Below are positions 62,201-64,000 of a DNA stretch of 64,000 nt, in pieces; within the stretch, counting starts at the first letter, position 1; every line of letters starts with the position of its first letter. The notes beneath the pieces were generated by a model. It searched no databases and was not told the DNA's origin. It saw nothing but the letters and a program-made list of their open reading frames with translations. The stretch is from Selaginella moellendorffii (Eukaryota > Plantae > Lycopodiophyta): the NCBI RefSeq assembly GCF_000143415.4, contig NW_003314443.1:1-64000 (forward strand), given 5' to 3'. A program made the position numbers and the translations under genes.

Positions 62201-64000
62201 GGAGTCACCCGCTATTGCGTTGAAGACCCAGCTGAGCATTTCCCATGCTGCACCTGGAGCTTTCTTTGGATTCGAAAGCTCCATAGCTGTCTTCAGTTCC
62301 TCAGGCACGGGTAAATTGACCTCCCTCAGATCAATTCGATCGGCTTTGTTGAACGAAGCTGGGAAGTCACTCCAGTCCCACTCTGCTGCAGGACCAATAA
62401 CAAGGGCGACTGTGAAGATGCGGACATTCGTCGGTATCTTCTTCTTAGCCATTATCCCATGGATCTCCTGCATCTCCTTGCCTTTCAACCGAGCCTTCAC
62501 CTCGTTCAAGGCCTTCCAGAACTTGTGATAGGATTCGGAGTCGTAGATCATATAGTGGACTGAAGATTCCACCTCCGCAAGTCCCACCATTAAGTCAATG
62601 ATGGAGCTGACTTCGTCTGCATGAGTGATCTCCTCGTTTGTGAAGTCCATCACACAAAAGATGTTCTTCACCTGCTCATCTCCGTGGGAAACGATGCTCC
62701 TCCACCTTTGATCCTCATCCGAATTCACGTATACCCGGTAAGGTTCTCGATAGGCCTTTGCTGCGGGGTCGAGCTGTTTCTGAAGCCGGCGGTCGACATC
62801 CCTCTTAATGAAATTTGGATACTGATCCAACTTCTCAGCTTTACTTTTCGTGGCATCCCGCAGCAGATCGATGAACTTGGGGGCCCCCTTCACGTACTCG
62901 TCGATGTCTTCATTTGACAAGTCCAGCTCTTCCATCATCTCTTGCGTGGTGTCGATGCTCACCCTCGCCACGGCCACTTGCTCGAAGATCCAATCCTTCA
63001 ATAGCGCACGAGCTCTCAGAGTCGTGCACAAGTCCTCGTATGTCACAATATGGCCGGGAGTCATTTTGGTCTTGTTGAAGACTACCTCACCACGTAGAAG
63101 AGCATTAGCCACTGTCAGAAGGTCGTCGTCATCTAGAGACCGCGAGAAACGCAAGGCGTTGAGCTTCAAATCATTGGGCTTCCGGCTGTCCTCCACACCC
63201 ATTGAGTTTAGCAACTCCCCGTCATGGTACCTCCTCAGCACATCTACCCATTTGTCAAAAACAACTTTTGTCGCGAGTAGAATGTTATGGATGCTGAGTG
63301 TGTCATTGACCCCCAGTGTTTTCGAGAGAAGACTCGAGAATTCCTGCAATGGAAATGGCGTGAGGCCACATGCTATGCCACATGCAACGAGGCTTACCTG
63401 CCAGGCGCTAGTTGCTAGTGCACGTCCTTGTCCTGGTTTTTGTGGCTTCTTCAGTTGAACCCAGAGCTTCCGTGTTCGTGCCAATGTCTCGTGCAGACCC
63501 GATTTGTAGCACGTTTCTTGCTTGACATTCTGCGCGTGGGAGATGTATATGATAGATCGGAGGGGCGAGTTGCCTTTTATCAGGCGGACAACTCTTGTCT
63601 TGAAGACTTTCTTCACCTCCTCGCCCACCATAATATCCACAACTATCTGTTGCATCGCCAAGCTAGAATGCTGCCCGGAGAAGGCATAGAACCAGATGTT
63701 CTGATCGTCCAACACCTTCCTATTGATCAAGTCTGGAAACCTTGTCTCGCCCTTCATTGTTCGGTAGTAGGGGATCACGTCTGCGATGTCGGGTGTTACT
63801 GGACTTGCCAGCATCTTCTGCTTCAGTTTCTCCACCCACTCATCAGATACTAGCCTGTGGTTGTATTTGCTTTGGATCTCGATACTGCTCACGTCGATTG
63901 TATATACTTTGTTGGAATAGTAACAAGTACTATTATCTGCGACGATTTTTGCTGCCTCTTCTTGCTCTTTCTGCTCTTTGCAGCTCTTCTTTTTGGTGGG
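59213..64000 (-). CDS. Spliced multidomain cargo gene: ParB/Srx-like + pseudo amino-methyltransferase + acidic/repeat linker + FCP1/NIF-like HAD phosphatase (at least 1443 aa, 5'-incomplete)
   Basis: Nine GT-AG introns (63344-63397, 61985-62034, 61854-61909, 61733-61781, 61542-61588, 60918-60974, 60854-60902, 60699-60745, 60076-60122) join ten exons into one stop-free frame. Motifs: HRLVSDEWVEKLK, FYAFSGQHS, CVVEYNCG, IVFDLNGVL, VWTSM, LIIDDSPIK. Confidence 0.78.
60309..60330. promoter_or_regulatory. Perfect 22-bp palindrome ATGGCGTGTGATCACACGCCAT, exemplar of the element-specific motif
   Basis: Self-complementary; at least 12 related copies of the same length in 31636-33945 and 58865-63376. 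Function is inferred. Confidence 0.6.

Larger units (their letters stand above)
58773..64000. mobile_element. Left half of the same Sola1-like TIR element, inserted in the chromovirus LTR and extending beyond the window
   Basis: Starts GCTCTATTTCGTTAAAGT (18-bp identity to the reverse complement of the 34169 end, imperfect to ~28 bp), interrupts the LTR repeat, and shares the 22-bp palindrome. Confidence 0.78.

Noticed and set aside
58865-63376. CRISPR array from the palindromic repeats
   Set aside because: Spacing is irregular, copies lie in introns and exons, there are no cas genes and the context is eukaryotic.

Overview
Eukaryotic plant DNA. The very short GT-AG introns (about 43-60 nt), extreme gene density, PLS-PPR debris and a cyanovirin-N homolog suggest the lycophyte Selaginella (inference). 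Bases 1-7.4 kb hold five intact host genes: DnaJ-domain, SUN-domain, JAGGED-like C2H2, NIPA Mg transporter, and a secreted CVNH lectin absent from the ORF track. Bases 9.7-50.3 kb are a rearranged nest made of four copies (two direct, one internally deleted, one inverted) of a ~8.8-kb chimeric repeat built from PPR, P-loop NTPase and other host-gene fragments, a full-length non-chromovirus Ty3/gypsy element with an inverted partial duplicate, and the right half of a Sola1-like DNA transposon. These are followed by a truncated Ty1/copia element, an intronless secreted GNA-lectin gene and a decayed chromovirus. From 58773 to the window end lies the left half of the same DNA-transposon family. 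Main candidate new system: this large TIR element encodes a DDD transposase plus one spliced gene of at least 1443 aa (ParB/Srx-like domain, apparently inactive beta-class amino-methyltransferase fold, acidic linker, FCP1-like HAD phosphatase), and it carries at least 13 copies of a fixed-length 22-bp palindrome (ATGGCRTG-N6-CAYGCCAT) that could be parS-like sites for that protein. All domain calls are motif recognition by eye, not database searches.
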